Of a stretch of 64,000 bases of DNA, positions 1 through 7,748 are shown piece after piece. Source of the DNA: a virus (taxonomy: Duplodnaviria; Caudoviricetes); the IMG/VR virus record IMGVR_UViG_3300010429_000098, positions 2,281 through 66,280 of that record; one strand, written 5' to 3'. The notes under the pieces are model-generated. The model had not been told where the DNA came from. It saw nothing but the letters and a program-made list of their open reading frames with translations, and did not search any database. The first letter of the stretch is position 1; every line of letters starts with the position of its first letter. The translations under genes and the position numbers were made by a program.

Positions 1-2
1 TG

Positions 3-119
3 GAACATTGGAATGGTGTAGCCTGGGCCACATTCGGTGCCAGTGATTCGAATATAGACGGTGGAAATGCATTATCTGTATATCTACCATCACAAAACTT
101 TAACGGGGGTACTGCGTAA
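3..119 (+). CDS. 3' end of an upstream virion/tail-associated gene (partial)
   Basis: Open frame EHWNGVAWATFG...IDGGNA...NFNGGTA* whose TAA overlaps the next ATG (TAATG). Confidence 0.5.
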   Translation, partial: EHWNGVAWATFGASDSNIDGGNALSVYLPSQNFNGGTA

Positions 120-325
120 TGGCTAGTATTATTCAAACACGTAGAGATACAGCAGCTAACTGGACGACTGTTAATCCTATTCTTGCTGATGGTGAGATGG
201 GGATCGAGAGGGATACTAACAAGGCAAAGGTGGGAAATGGTGTGTCTACTTGGACAGCACTTCCTTATTTCATTTCACCAGTAGGTGAATCAGGCTTAAA
301 CCCGTTTCTATTGATCGGAGCATAA
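119..325 (+). CDS. Small protein consisting almost only of an Mtd_N-like (major tropism determinant N-terminal) module
   Basis: IQTRRDTAANWTTVNPILADGEMGIERDTNKAKVGNGVSTWTALPY matches the familiar IQxRRDTAANW..NP.L..GE.G.E.DT...K.G.G...W..LPY tail-fibre anchor pattern. Confidence 0.75.
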   Translation: MASIIQTRRDTAANWTTVNPILADGEMGIERDTNKAKVGNGVSTWTALPYFISPVGESGLNPFLLIGA

Positions 326-328
326 TTC

Positions 329-655
329 ATGACGACTAGTTATAAAGTTTTAGGCCAAGCCGCGCCTGCTGCAGCAGTTCTTTCTGATCTATATGTTGCA
401 CCACCAGCAACTCAGGCTATAAGTTCTAGCATTGTCATTTCAAATCGTGCAGCAGCTTCTGCGTTTAGAGTTGCTGTTCGTCCTGCAGGTGCCCCTATTG
501 AAAATAAGCACTACATCTGTTACGATTCTGCAATCGGCGCTGCTGATACTATTATTCTAACACTTGGGATGACACTTGCGCCTACTGATGTTGTATCTGT
601 ATACGCAAGAGATGCTACTCTAGCCTTTAATTTATTCGGCTCGGAGGTTAACTAA
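329..655 (+). CDS. Conserved phage virion-module hypothetical protein
   Basis: 108 aa, YKVLGQAAP...NR...FRVAVRP.GA...HYI.YD...LTLG.TL...D...VYA...FN.FGSE pattern common in phage tail-fibre clusters; coupled to its neighbours. Confidence 0.6.
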   Translation: MTTSYKVLGQAAPAAAVLSDLYVAPPATQAISSSIVISNRAAASAFRVAVRPAGAPIENKHYICYDSAIGAADTIILTLGMTLAPTDVVSVYARDATLAFNLFGSEVN

Positions 656-656
656 A

Positions 657-2345
657 ATGTCGATACGTAATCTATCTAAATGTGTAATCAAGGGTGATTA
701 CACACCTGCTGTACCGTTTACACCATTTAGGTACTTCGACGGAACTGGTGTCAAGGGCGCGTACTACGATACTTTCAACATAACTACGCTTAAACAAACG
801 GCTGCTGGTACTGGAGATGTAACGACTGCAAATGATCCAGTTGGATATGTCCAGGACCTCTCAGGAAATAATTTACATCTTTCGCAGCTTACAGATACCA
901 GTAGGCCTAGTTGGAATGGTACATGTTTGCAGTATGATTTTGCTGATGATGAGTTGGGAATTACTGTACCTACTCCTCTTACTGGTACATTACTAATTGC
1001 TGGCGTGAATGGCATCGCTACCTATGGTGTAAATATTGATGCAATCGAGACGTATTTAGGATGGATGAGTGATCCGCAAATAGTGGGAATGGTGCTTTTA
1101 GAAGGTAATATAGATAATAGCGAGGCCTACACCTACTACAAAGATGCTGGCGCATCTTCCTTATGGGATGCAAACGCTTTTGGTGGTGTAACTGATTTTA
1201 CACAGCGGTGGTCTAACTATAATGAACGGGACGAGACCTGGCTAACAGAGATGCCGATTGTAGATACTCGCAATGGCGAAACATTTGTAGAGGCATGGTA
1301 CGGTCAATACAATATGACATCATTTCCATTGCTAGACTTCTCTAGCGCGTTATCTTTTGAGTACGCCTGGGGTGACTGCGAATCATTGACATCTTTCCCA
1401 TTAATAACCATCCCCGTCGCTACGGATACTTCATACGCTTGGATTGGCTGCAAAGGATTAACATCTTTCCCATTAATAGACATCTCGAATGTTGTAAATC
1501 TTCAAGGCGCTTGGTCTGGCTGCATGGGACTAACATCATTTCCATTACTAGATTTCTCTAGCGCGGTAAATCTTAGTTACGCCTGGACTCGCTGTTCAGG
1601 ATTGACATCTTTCCCATTAATAACAATCCCCGTTGCTACGGATACTTCGTTTACTTGGGAGGGATGCACAGGATTAACATCCTTTCCATTAATAGATTTT
1701 TCAACTATTGAGTATTTTACTGGAGCTTGGATGGATTGTACCGGGCTTGCTACGTTCCCGCATATCAATACTAGTAATGGGACTGATCTCAGTGCCGCAT
1801 GGGCCGGCTGCAGTAATCTTGCTACATTTCCTAGCATTGATACTGGTAATGTGCTCGCTCTCGCTGGTGCATGGGGTCGCTGCAGTAGTCTTACTACATT
1901 TCCCAGCATTGATACGAGTAATTGTACAGGCTTCGCGGGCACATGGTCTGATTGTAGCTCGCTATCGTCTTTCCCTGCGCTGGATTTATCAAGAGGAACA
2001 GATTTTAAAAATGCTTGGAGCAGATGCACTAGCTTAGTTGATTTTCCTGTTGTAGACATCAAAAGCGGCGCGGACTTCCAAGGTGGATGGAATGGTTGTA
2101 CAAATTTAGCCAACTTTCCGCCAAATATGTTTGACACGGCGCCGGCTACTAATTATACTTTTGCTTTCTTTGACTGTGCATTGCCACAGGCAAGCGTGGA
2201 TAACATACTCGTGTCTGTAAATACTGCTGGACAGAGCAATGGGCGTATAGATATTCACGGCGGTACTAACGCGACACCAGGTGCCGCCGGGATAGCAGCA
2301 GTTAATGCTTTACGTTCGCGTGGTTGGACGGTTACTCATAATTAA
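657..2345 (+). CDS. Leucine-rich-repeat (BspA/DUF285-like) putative receptor-binding/tail-associated protein
   Basis: About 12-13 tandem 24-aa repeats TSFPLID.S......AW..C..L with a capping C-terminus (DNIL...A...L..RGWTV); N-terminal virion-type domain. Confidence 0.75.
   Translation: MSIRNLSKCVIKGDYTPAVPFTPFRYFDGTGVKGAYYDTFNITTLKQTAAGTGDVTTANDPVGYVQDLSGNNLHLSQLTDTSRPSWNGTCLQYDFADDELGITVPTPLTGTLLIAGVNGIATYGVNIDAIETYLGWMSDPQIVGMVLLEGNIDNSEAYTYYKDAGASSLWDANAFGGVTDFTQRWSNYNERDETWLTEMPIVDTRNGETFVEAWYGQYNMTSFPLLDFSSALSFEYAWGDCESLTSFPLITIPVATDTSYAWIGCKGLTSFPLIDISNVVNLQGAWSGCMGLTSFPLLDFSSAVNLSYAWTRCSGLTSFPLITIPVATDTSFTWEGCTGLTSFPLIDFSTIEYFTGAWMDCTGLATFPHINTSNGTDLSAAWAGCSNLATFPSIDTGNVLALAGAWGRCSSLTTFPSIDTSNCTGFAGTWSDCSSLSSFPALDLSRGTDFKNAWSRCTSLVDFPVVDIKSGADFQGGWNGCTNLANFPPNMFDTAPATNYTFAFFDCALPQASVDNILVSVNTAGQSNGRIDIHGGTNATPGAAGIAAVNALRSRGWTVTHN
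1245..2108 (+). repeat. 72-nt-period coding repeat (12 units) with an internal 216-nt triple-unit duplication (from 1317 and from 1533)
   Basis: acatcatttccattgctagacttctctagcgcg at 1317 vs acatcatttccattactagatttctctagcgcg at 1533; ccattaataac.atccccgt.gctacggatacttc also duplicated. Confidence 0.9.
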
Positions 2346-2354
2346 GGAACTATC

Positions 2355-2432
2355 ATGAACACTTTTAAAAATCTAATAGTTCCTGCTTCGTCAGTAGCAT
2401 TTGCAGAACAAGTCTCTAACGCGTTAGGATAG
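2355..2432 (+). pseudogene. 25-codon truncated ORF (MNTFKNLIVPASSVAFAEQVSNALG*), probable gene remnant
   Basis: Good RBS (TAAGGA) and ATG directly after the LRR gene, early TAG, then about 200 nt without a long ORF. Confidence 0.4.
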
Positions 2433-2569
2433 CAAGTCTCGTTCTAGTGAAAGAATATCATAGCAAATAACCATCTTGCCATAGTTAATGCTATGATATA
2501 ATCTATGGCTGTGGCTGCAGCGCCTAAGAAATAAGTAAATAAATTAAGCCACGCTTAATGAATAACCCG

Positions 2570-2593
2570 ATGCCCATTATTCGTAGTGGGCAT
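2570..2593 (+). promoter_or_regulatory. Stem-loop (10-bp stem, TTCG loop) upstream of the lipoprotein gene
   Basis: ATGCCCATTA-TTCG-TAGTGGGCAT; no strong U-tract. Confidence 0.35.
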
Positions 2594-2628
2594 TAAGGTA
2601 TTTACTATTAACAAACCAAAGGAACATA

Positions 2629-3048
2629 ATGAAAAACCCGCTACCTATATTTATGGTAGCTGCTATGCTCTTATCTGCTTGCACAATACAACCATTAAAT
2701 ATGGGCGGTGGGTCAAGTTCTCAAAGTTCCGCAGAAGCCAGTGCGAAGAGTGAATCTAGCTCAAAGAGTGAATCAAAAAGTGAAGCTAGTGTGAAAAGTG
2801 ACAATAAGCAGACTTCTGAAAGTTCGCAAAGTTCTTCTAATACAGCAGGACAAAACTCACTAACAGAGTCTACGCAAGGCACTAATACACAGCCGATTAT
2901 TATAGTTTGTAACCAGCTCAATAACGGTGCTACATACGGGACCTCCTGTATGACGCCTAAGCAAATTAGTGAAATGGTTGAGGAACAAAAACAAATACGT
3001 GAAATTACTCCACGTATTAGTAATCCACAACCGCCCAAAAAGAAATAA
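2629..3048 (+). CDS. Ser-rich lipoprotein of unknown function
   Basis: Signal peptide with lipobox LSA-C (MKNPLPIFMVAAMLLSAC), long S/E/K low-complexity linker, Pro/Lys C-terminus; RBS AAGGA. Confidence 0.65.
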   Translation: MKNPLPIFMVAAMLLSACTIQPLNMGGGSSSQSSAEASAKSESSSKSESKSEASVKSDNKQTSESSQSSSNTAGQNSLTESTQGTNTQPIIIVCNQLNNGATYGTSCMTPKQISEMVEEQKQIREITPRISNPQPPKKK

Positions 3049-3056
3049 TTAATCCT

Positions 3057-3077
3057 ATACGTGGTGACAGCACGTAT
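3057..3077 (+). promoter_or_regulatory. Conserved-loop hairpin copy 1 (loop GTGACAG)
   Basis: ATACGTG-GTGACAG-CACGTAT, about 30 nt before the ATG at 3108. Confidence 0.6.
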
Positions 3078-3107
3078 TAAATTAATCATTTTTAACTGGA
3101 GAAATAA

Positions 3108-5693
3108 ATGGCAGACATTCGCATATCTGAGTTTGACTTATATAATCCTCCAGCAGGATTGACTGGACAGGAATTACTTCCGATAGTTGTGGACGAAGGT
3201 GTGCCACCGCTAGTAGATTTAAAAAATAAGAAGGTGACTGTTTCTCAGTTAGCTGGCAGTAATAACGCCGGCCTAAAGACTTTAACCACCGCTGCAGGCT
3301 CTGCTGGATTCGTAAGTGAATACAGGTCAAATGATCCTAATTATCCTTACGCGTCTGAAAATGCAGATTTTACTATTACTATAGCTAGCCCGACAATACT
3401 TCGCGTAGAGGCTACAGGCCCTGTTATATTTACAGATGCAGATAACTATTTCGATCCTGCTACGCCAATTGTTGTTGAGTTTCCTGCCTTTGATATTGAT
3501 GTATCACTCATTGCCGGTGTACCAGTAGGAAATCATACATATTACATTTATATAAAGAAAGATGCGTCAGTACAGGTTGTCAGTGCACCAATATCAGGAG
3601 ATCCTGAGATTTGTAGACTTGGGTCCGTGATTCTAACTAATGATGGTATTAACACCACTATCAATACTACCAGTACCATGGGTGTTATTGTTAGACCGAA
3701 CTTTTATAGAAACAATACACTGTATAATGTAACGCAGGCGACACTAATTCAAGGTTCAATAGTCCCTAGAGCAGACTTGTCTATGAATTTAGGCAAGGCG
3801 ATTATTCGAGGAGAGTCAGTCGACTTTCCGAATATCCCAATAAATGCAAAAGATATTGCTGCAGCTAATAATGTACCATTCATTTATGCAACGCCTACTA
3901 TTTTAGATCAACCTGTATTGCCTCCTCCTGTATTAGTCATAGATCCTAATTCTTATTGGGATGGAGCTGCAATTGCGATAGTGCCAGATAACCCACCTGT
4001 TATTCCTCCTGCAGTATATAAAGAGCCTGCAACAGTTCAACGAGTATTAATGAACATTCGTGGTGGTATTGTAATTCAATACGGATCTGTAGTCTATGCT
4101 GATCTTGATGCTGCAACTGCATCTATTAGTACTGAATCTTTCAACAATACATTTACTCCGGACTATTGGTCAGAATTAGCGCGCATTGCAGTGGCTAAGA
4201 ATGCTAATGCATTGAATAACGTAGACATGGCTAAGATTCTGAACACTTCAGAAATTGGTGGGTATACCTCGTCTACAGCAGCACCAGCTGTTAATCAGAT
4301 ATTCGGAACACCTAATCAAGTAATAGCAGATTCGCCAATTGGTTCTGTTACTCTATCCTTGCCCCAAGACATTGGTATTACAAGTAGTCCTACTTTCAAA
4401 AATCCGACTGTATCTGAATTTCCAACTGATGTTTTGCATGCTGTAAATCAACAGTATTTACTCGATGTTATGTCAGGCACAAACCAAAAGGGTGTCGCTG
4501 TCGCGGTATCTACAGCAGATGCAGTGAATGGTCTCATAATTGCAGATGATGTACAGTTGGTTGAAAATGATCTCGTATTACGAAACTCTGCAACACGCCC
4601 GGAACTCAACGGATTCTATGTTGCGCATGCAGGTGCTTGGGTTAGACATATCGCAATGGACCATTATGACGAATGTCCTAATGCACAAGTTTCAGTGTCT
4701 GGCGGTACGGTGTATACCGGAACTAGGTGGTTTTGTACTTCGCCAGTGGTGGGTGTTATTGATGTGGATCCAATTAATTGGCTGCAACTAAGTACCGGCG
4801 GGCTGCCTGAAGCTCCTATGGATGGTAGCATTTATGGACGTAGAAATGCTGTCTGGACTGATGTTAATGGTGCAACTGCATTCAAACTACCAGCTGTGTG
4901 TGCTACTATTTCAAACTTGGCGGGTTGTGTCTTTAATGCTGCTACGAATACTTTAACAGGGCCTAAAGAAATTCTTAACATGGACGGCATTTCTCCTAAT
5001 ATAGGAGATCGTGTTCTTGTTAAAAATCAAACACCACCAGCCCACAATGGTGTTTATGTAGTTACAGTTCTTGGCACTGCTGCAATAAACTGGGAGATGC
5101 GTAGGACTAGTGATTGCGATACTTCTATGAAGTTATCTAGCGCTAATATCCCTGTTCTAATGGGTAACGTGCAGGGTGGTACTTCTTGGTCTACATCTTT
5201 CAAAGGTACAGACGTTCTCAACGGAACTAGTATGTATTGGATGAGGCAAAGCGGCTCTGCGCATTTCCAGTTATGGAGAAATGCAGGAAATACAGCTACG
5301 AATGGAGTTATATTAGATGTGCCGTGGGGGAGAGCAGACATTGATCCCTACGAAACATGGAATATCGCAGCACCCACTAGAGTTATTATTCCATTTACAG
5401 GGATGTGGAGTTTTAGTGGTAACCTTACGTTAGCCAACTTAGGCGCCTGGAACGTAGGTGTAAGAGAGGTTTGGGTAAGTATTCCCGGTAGAGGTAGCTG
5501 TGCGAAACTAGTATATTATGCACCAATGGGCGAACCAATTAATGCACAGCGAGTAGAGCTTCACTTTTCAGGGCAAGCGTGGTGTAACGCCGGAGATCAG
5601 ATTAAAGTGCAATTTTGGCAAAATTCCGGTGGGGATATTAAAATTGGTCCTGAAGTCGGCTCTAATCAATATTTTATTGGTTGTTTAATGTAA
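3108..5693 (+). CDS. Tail-fibre-like virion protein
   Basis: 861 aa; two copies of the D.VL..NQ....NG.Y module (NDLVLRNSATRPELNGFY; GDRVLVKNQTPPAHNGVY), EAPMDGSIYGRRNAVW linker and a beta-rich C1q-like C-terminus. Confidence 0.65.
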   Translation: MADIRISEFDLYNPPAGLTGQELLPIVVDEGVPPLVDLKNKKVTVSQLAGSNNAGLKTLTTAAGSAGFVSEYRSNDPNYPYASENADFTITIASPTILRVEATGPVIFTDADNYFDPATPIVVEFPAFDIDVSLIAGVPVGNHTYYIYIKKDASVQVVSAPISGDPEICRLGSVILTNDGINTTINTTSTMGVIVRPNFYRNNTLYNVTQATLIQGSIVPRADLSMNLGKAIIRGESVDFPNIPINAKDIAAANNVPFIYATPTILDQPVLPPPVLVIDPNSYWDGAAIAIVPDNPPVIPPAVYKEPATVQRVLMNIRGGIVIQYGSVVYADLDAATASISTESFNNTFTPDYWSELARIAVAKNANALNNVDMAKILNTSEIGGYTSSTAAPAVNQIFGTPNQVIADSPIGSVTLSLPQDIGITSSPTFKNPTVSEFPTDVLHAVNQQYLLDVMSGTNQKGVAVAVSTADAVNGLIIADDVQLVENDLVLRNSATRPELNGFYVAHAGAWVRHIAMDHYDECPNAQVSVSGGTVYTGTRWFCTSPVVGVIDVDPINWLQLSTGGLPEAPMDGSIYGRRNAVWTDVNGATAFKLPAVCATISNLAGCVFNAATNTLTGPKEILNMDGISPNIGDRVLVKNQTPPAHNGVYVVTVLGTAAINWEMRRTSDCDTSMKLSSANIPVLMGNVQGGTSWSTSFKGTDVLNGTSMYWMRQSGSAHFQLWRNAGNTATNGVILDVPWGRADIDPYETWNIAAPTRVIIPFTGMWSFSGNLTLANLGAWNVGVREVWVSIPGRGSCAKLVYYAPMGEPINAQRVELHFSGQAWCNAGDQIKVQFWQNSGGDIKIGPEVGSNQYFIGCLM

Positions 5694-5703
5694 GGAGTAC
5701 GAA

Positions 5704-5745
5704 ATGGCACGTAAACCTAAAGGCAAGAAGCCTCCAGAGAGATAA
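5704..5745 (+). CDS. 13-codon mini-ORF MARKPKGKKPPER*
   Basis: Strong RBS TAAGGAG 7 nt upstream; stop 4 nt before the HNH ATG at 5750. Confidence 0.35.
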   Translation: MARKPKGKKPPER

Positions 5746-5749
5746 AATT

Positions 5750-6316
5750 ATGCAAAATATTAATATAGTATTTAACTTTATGAGTTGTTCAACATCTATC
5801 GATGACAGCAAAGATCGGATATGTGAACAATATAAAAAGTATTATTACTATGACAATGGTCATTTATATCGAAAAGAAGATAACAAGCGAATGGGCTCTT
5901 TAATACCTAGAGGATATTTAATATTTCATGATAAATATTGGATAGAGCCTATTCTAGGAAATAAAGACAGTTGTACTAAGATGGTTGCTAGAATCATTTA
6001 TATAATAACTGTTGGCCCGATTCCAGCCAACTACCAAGTAGATCATATAGACAGAAATCGCTTAAATAATTTATCAAGTAACTTAAGAGCGGCGTCGGCT
6101 TCTGAAAATGTTAGAAATCAAGATTGGTCAAATAAAAGATCAAGGTATGTTGGTGTTGCATGGAATCTTAACTCGGGTAAATGGGCTGCGCAAATATGGA
6201 TTAATAAAAGAACGAAGTATCTCGGGGTATTCAAGAAAGAGGAAGACGCCGCGATTGCGTATAATAACTTTGTGATAAAAAATAAGTTAGATCGCACGCT
6301 TAATACTTTTGAATAA
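5750..6316 (+). CDS. Free-standing HNH homing endonuclease with AP2-like domain
   Basis: QVDHIDRNRLNNLSSNLR and SRYVGVAW...KWAAQIW...YLGVFK.EEDAA.AYN; ATG 5750 preferred over the in-frame upstream start at 5681. Confidence 0.85.
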   Translation: MQNINIVFNFMSCSTSIDDSKDRICEQYKKYYYYDNGHLYRKEDNKRMGSLIPRGYLIFHDKYWIEPILGNKDSCTKMVARIIYIITVGPIPANYQVDHIDRNRLNNLSSNLRAASASENVRNQDWSNKRSRYVGVAWNLNSGKWAAQIWINKRTKYLGVFKKEEDAAIAYNNFVIKNKLDRTLNTFE

Positions 6317-6320
6317 CTCT

Positions 6321-6343
6321 TTAGTCATGTGACAGATGACTAA
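6321..6343 (+). promoter_or_regulatory. Conserved-loop hairpin copy 2 (loop GTGACAG)
   Basis: TTAGTCAT-GTGACAG-ATGACTAA, about 35 nt before the ATG at 6378. Confidence 0.6.
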
Positions 6344-6377
6344 GTAGATTATTTATTTTTTCAAAAAGGATAATATA

Positions 6378-6656
6378 ATGGAACTGATTCCTATAACCAC
6401 CGATGCATTTACTAGCGTCGATTTCACGCTACTAGACAGACAACAGGGCACCTTGTCAATCAAAGATAATATATCGGACACATACATGCGTAATGGAAAC
6501 AAGATCGACTTACAAATTAAATCGACAGATGGACAATACCTGAACGTAGGTACACTTGACCATATATTTCCAATCGCGCGGCTCAATTCGCCCGGTACAT
6601 ACCGTGTCGTAAAGAGTCAATCTAGCTACGCTTATGGCGCAGACTTTCTAATCTAA
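6378..6656 (+). CDS. Small beta-rich hypothetical protein (paralog family A)
   Basis: 92 aa; shares ME.IP...QYLNV...SPGTYRV.K with 6666-6944. Confidence 0.7.
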   Translation: MELIPITTDAFTSVDFTLLDRQQGTLSIKDNISDTYMRNGNKIDLQIKSTDGQYLNVGTLDHIFPIARLNSPGTYRVVKSQSSYAYGADFLI

Positions 6657-6665
6657 GGATTAAAA

Positions 6666-6944
6666 ATGGAAATCATCCCTGTCTCACGCGCAAGTGCAAC
6701 TAGCGCAGATATTGTATTGAATGCCGGCATGACAGCTACTATTCATTTGAAAGATCTCGTCACAGAAGATGGTGTAGAGCTGCCAGGTAACTCTAGAGCG
6801 CACATTCAGCTAAGGTCTGGCACGCAATATCTTAATGTTGCTGAGTTAACAGAGCGTGTGCCTGCTGCAGTCATTTACTCCCCCGGTACATATAGAGTCT
6901 TCAAACCAGCAACTAATCATCCACTCGGCGTCGACCAAAACTAA
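6666..6944 (+). CDS. Small beta-rich hypothetical protein (paralog family A)
   Basis: 92 aa; QYLNVAEL...PAAVIYSPGTYRVFKP; RBS AAGGA. Confidence 0.7.
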   Translation: MEIIPVSRASATSADIVLNAGMTATIHLKDLVTEDGVELPGNSRAHIQLRSGTQYLNVAELTERVPAAVIYSPGTYRVFKPATNHPLGVDQN

Positions 6945-6953
6945 AGGAATGCT

Positions 6954-7748
6954 ATGAGCTTTGATCTAGTTAGGCCTGTAGCAAGGCCGATATTGCAACC
7001 TGTTTTTGAATTTGCATCTGCCCTGTCTGATAAGCCGAAACTAGTTACTCCGCCAGTAGTATATGGTCAACCTTGGGTTGGTCATCAGTTGATTACTACC
7101 GCCGGTATTTGGACAGGTCAGCCAGCTCCAGCTGTGACATATGAGTGGTTGAAAGACGGTGCAGTTATTCCAAACGAAGACCAGGCAATTTACAATGTAC
7201 AGATGAACGATATTGGCTCTGAAATATCTTCTAGAATCACCTGTACTAATGTTAATGGCACAGGCACTGCATCTTCGAACAAGGTAATGATCGTAGTGCA
7301 ACGAAATACACTGAAGAACGAGGGGTTTAGTCTTAAAAAGACTTATGAAAATAATGATCGTAGCGTATCTTTAAAAGAGGGTGCATTTGCGATCTCTACT
7401 GCATCTCAAATGTCTGGTAAAGCATACTATGAGGTAGTAGTAGATAGCACGTATCATGAGGGTAACACATTTATCGGTGTTTCTTCAGTACGTGATGGAA
7501 TTATGGATCTTAAAGGATATATTGTCTATCACCAGGGAAAGCTTATTGCAAGTATTCCTGTGTCTGACAATAACTCTTGGCAGAATGTAGAGATTCATAG
7601 CGGAGACATTATCGGTGTCTCTGTCGATTTAGATAATTGTGATATCGGATTCTCGGTTAATGGTTTTCTAAAAGGAACTCAACGCGTTCCTAATATTAAG
7701 ATTGCTTACCGATATCAGCGTTTGTCGGATCACAAGAAGGAATGCTAA
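6954..7748 (+). CDS. Ig-like + SPRY-like domain protein, N-terminal part (frameshifted at about 7709)
   Basis: One GxWxGxPxPxxxYxW Ig-like unit, then SGKAYYEV...FIGVS...GDIIGVSVDLD...F.VNG (SPRY-like); the domain continues in the -1 frame. Confidence 0.7.
   Translation: MSFDLVRPVARPILQPVFEFASALSDKPKLVTPPVVYGQPWVGHQLITTAGIWTGQPAPAVTYEWLKDGAVIPNEDQAIYNVQMNDIGSEISSRITCTNVNGTGTASSNKVMIVVQRNTLKNEGFSLKKTYENNDRSVSLKEGAFAISTASQMSGKAYYEVVVDSTYHEGNTFIGVSSVRDGIMDLKGYIVYHQGKLIASIPVSDNNSWQNVEIHSGDIIGVSVDLDNCDIGFSVNGFLKGTQRVPNIKIAYRYQRLSDHKKEC

Noticed and set aside
119-2345. Diversity-generating retroelement suggested by the Mtd_N-like domain and variable repeats
   Set aside because: No reverse transcriptase, no TR/VR pair, and the differences between repeats are not restricted to adenines. 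A DGR outside the window cannot be excluded.
7700-7715. Programmed ribosomal frameshift in the Ig/SPRY gene
   Set aside because: No slippery heptamer or obvious stimulatory structure; a 1-nt deletion is simpler. Kept only as a frameshift finding.
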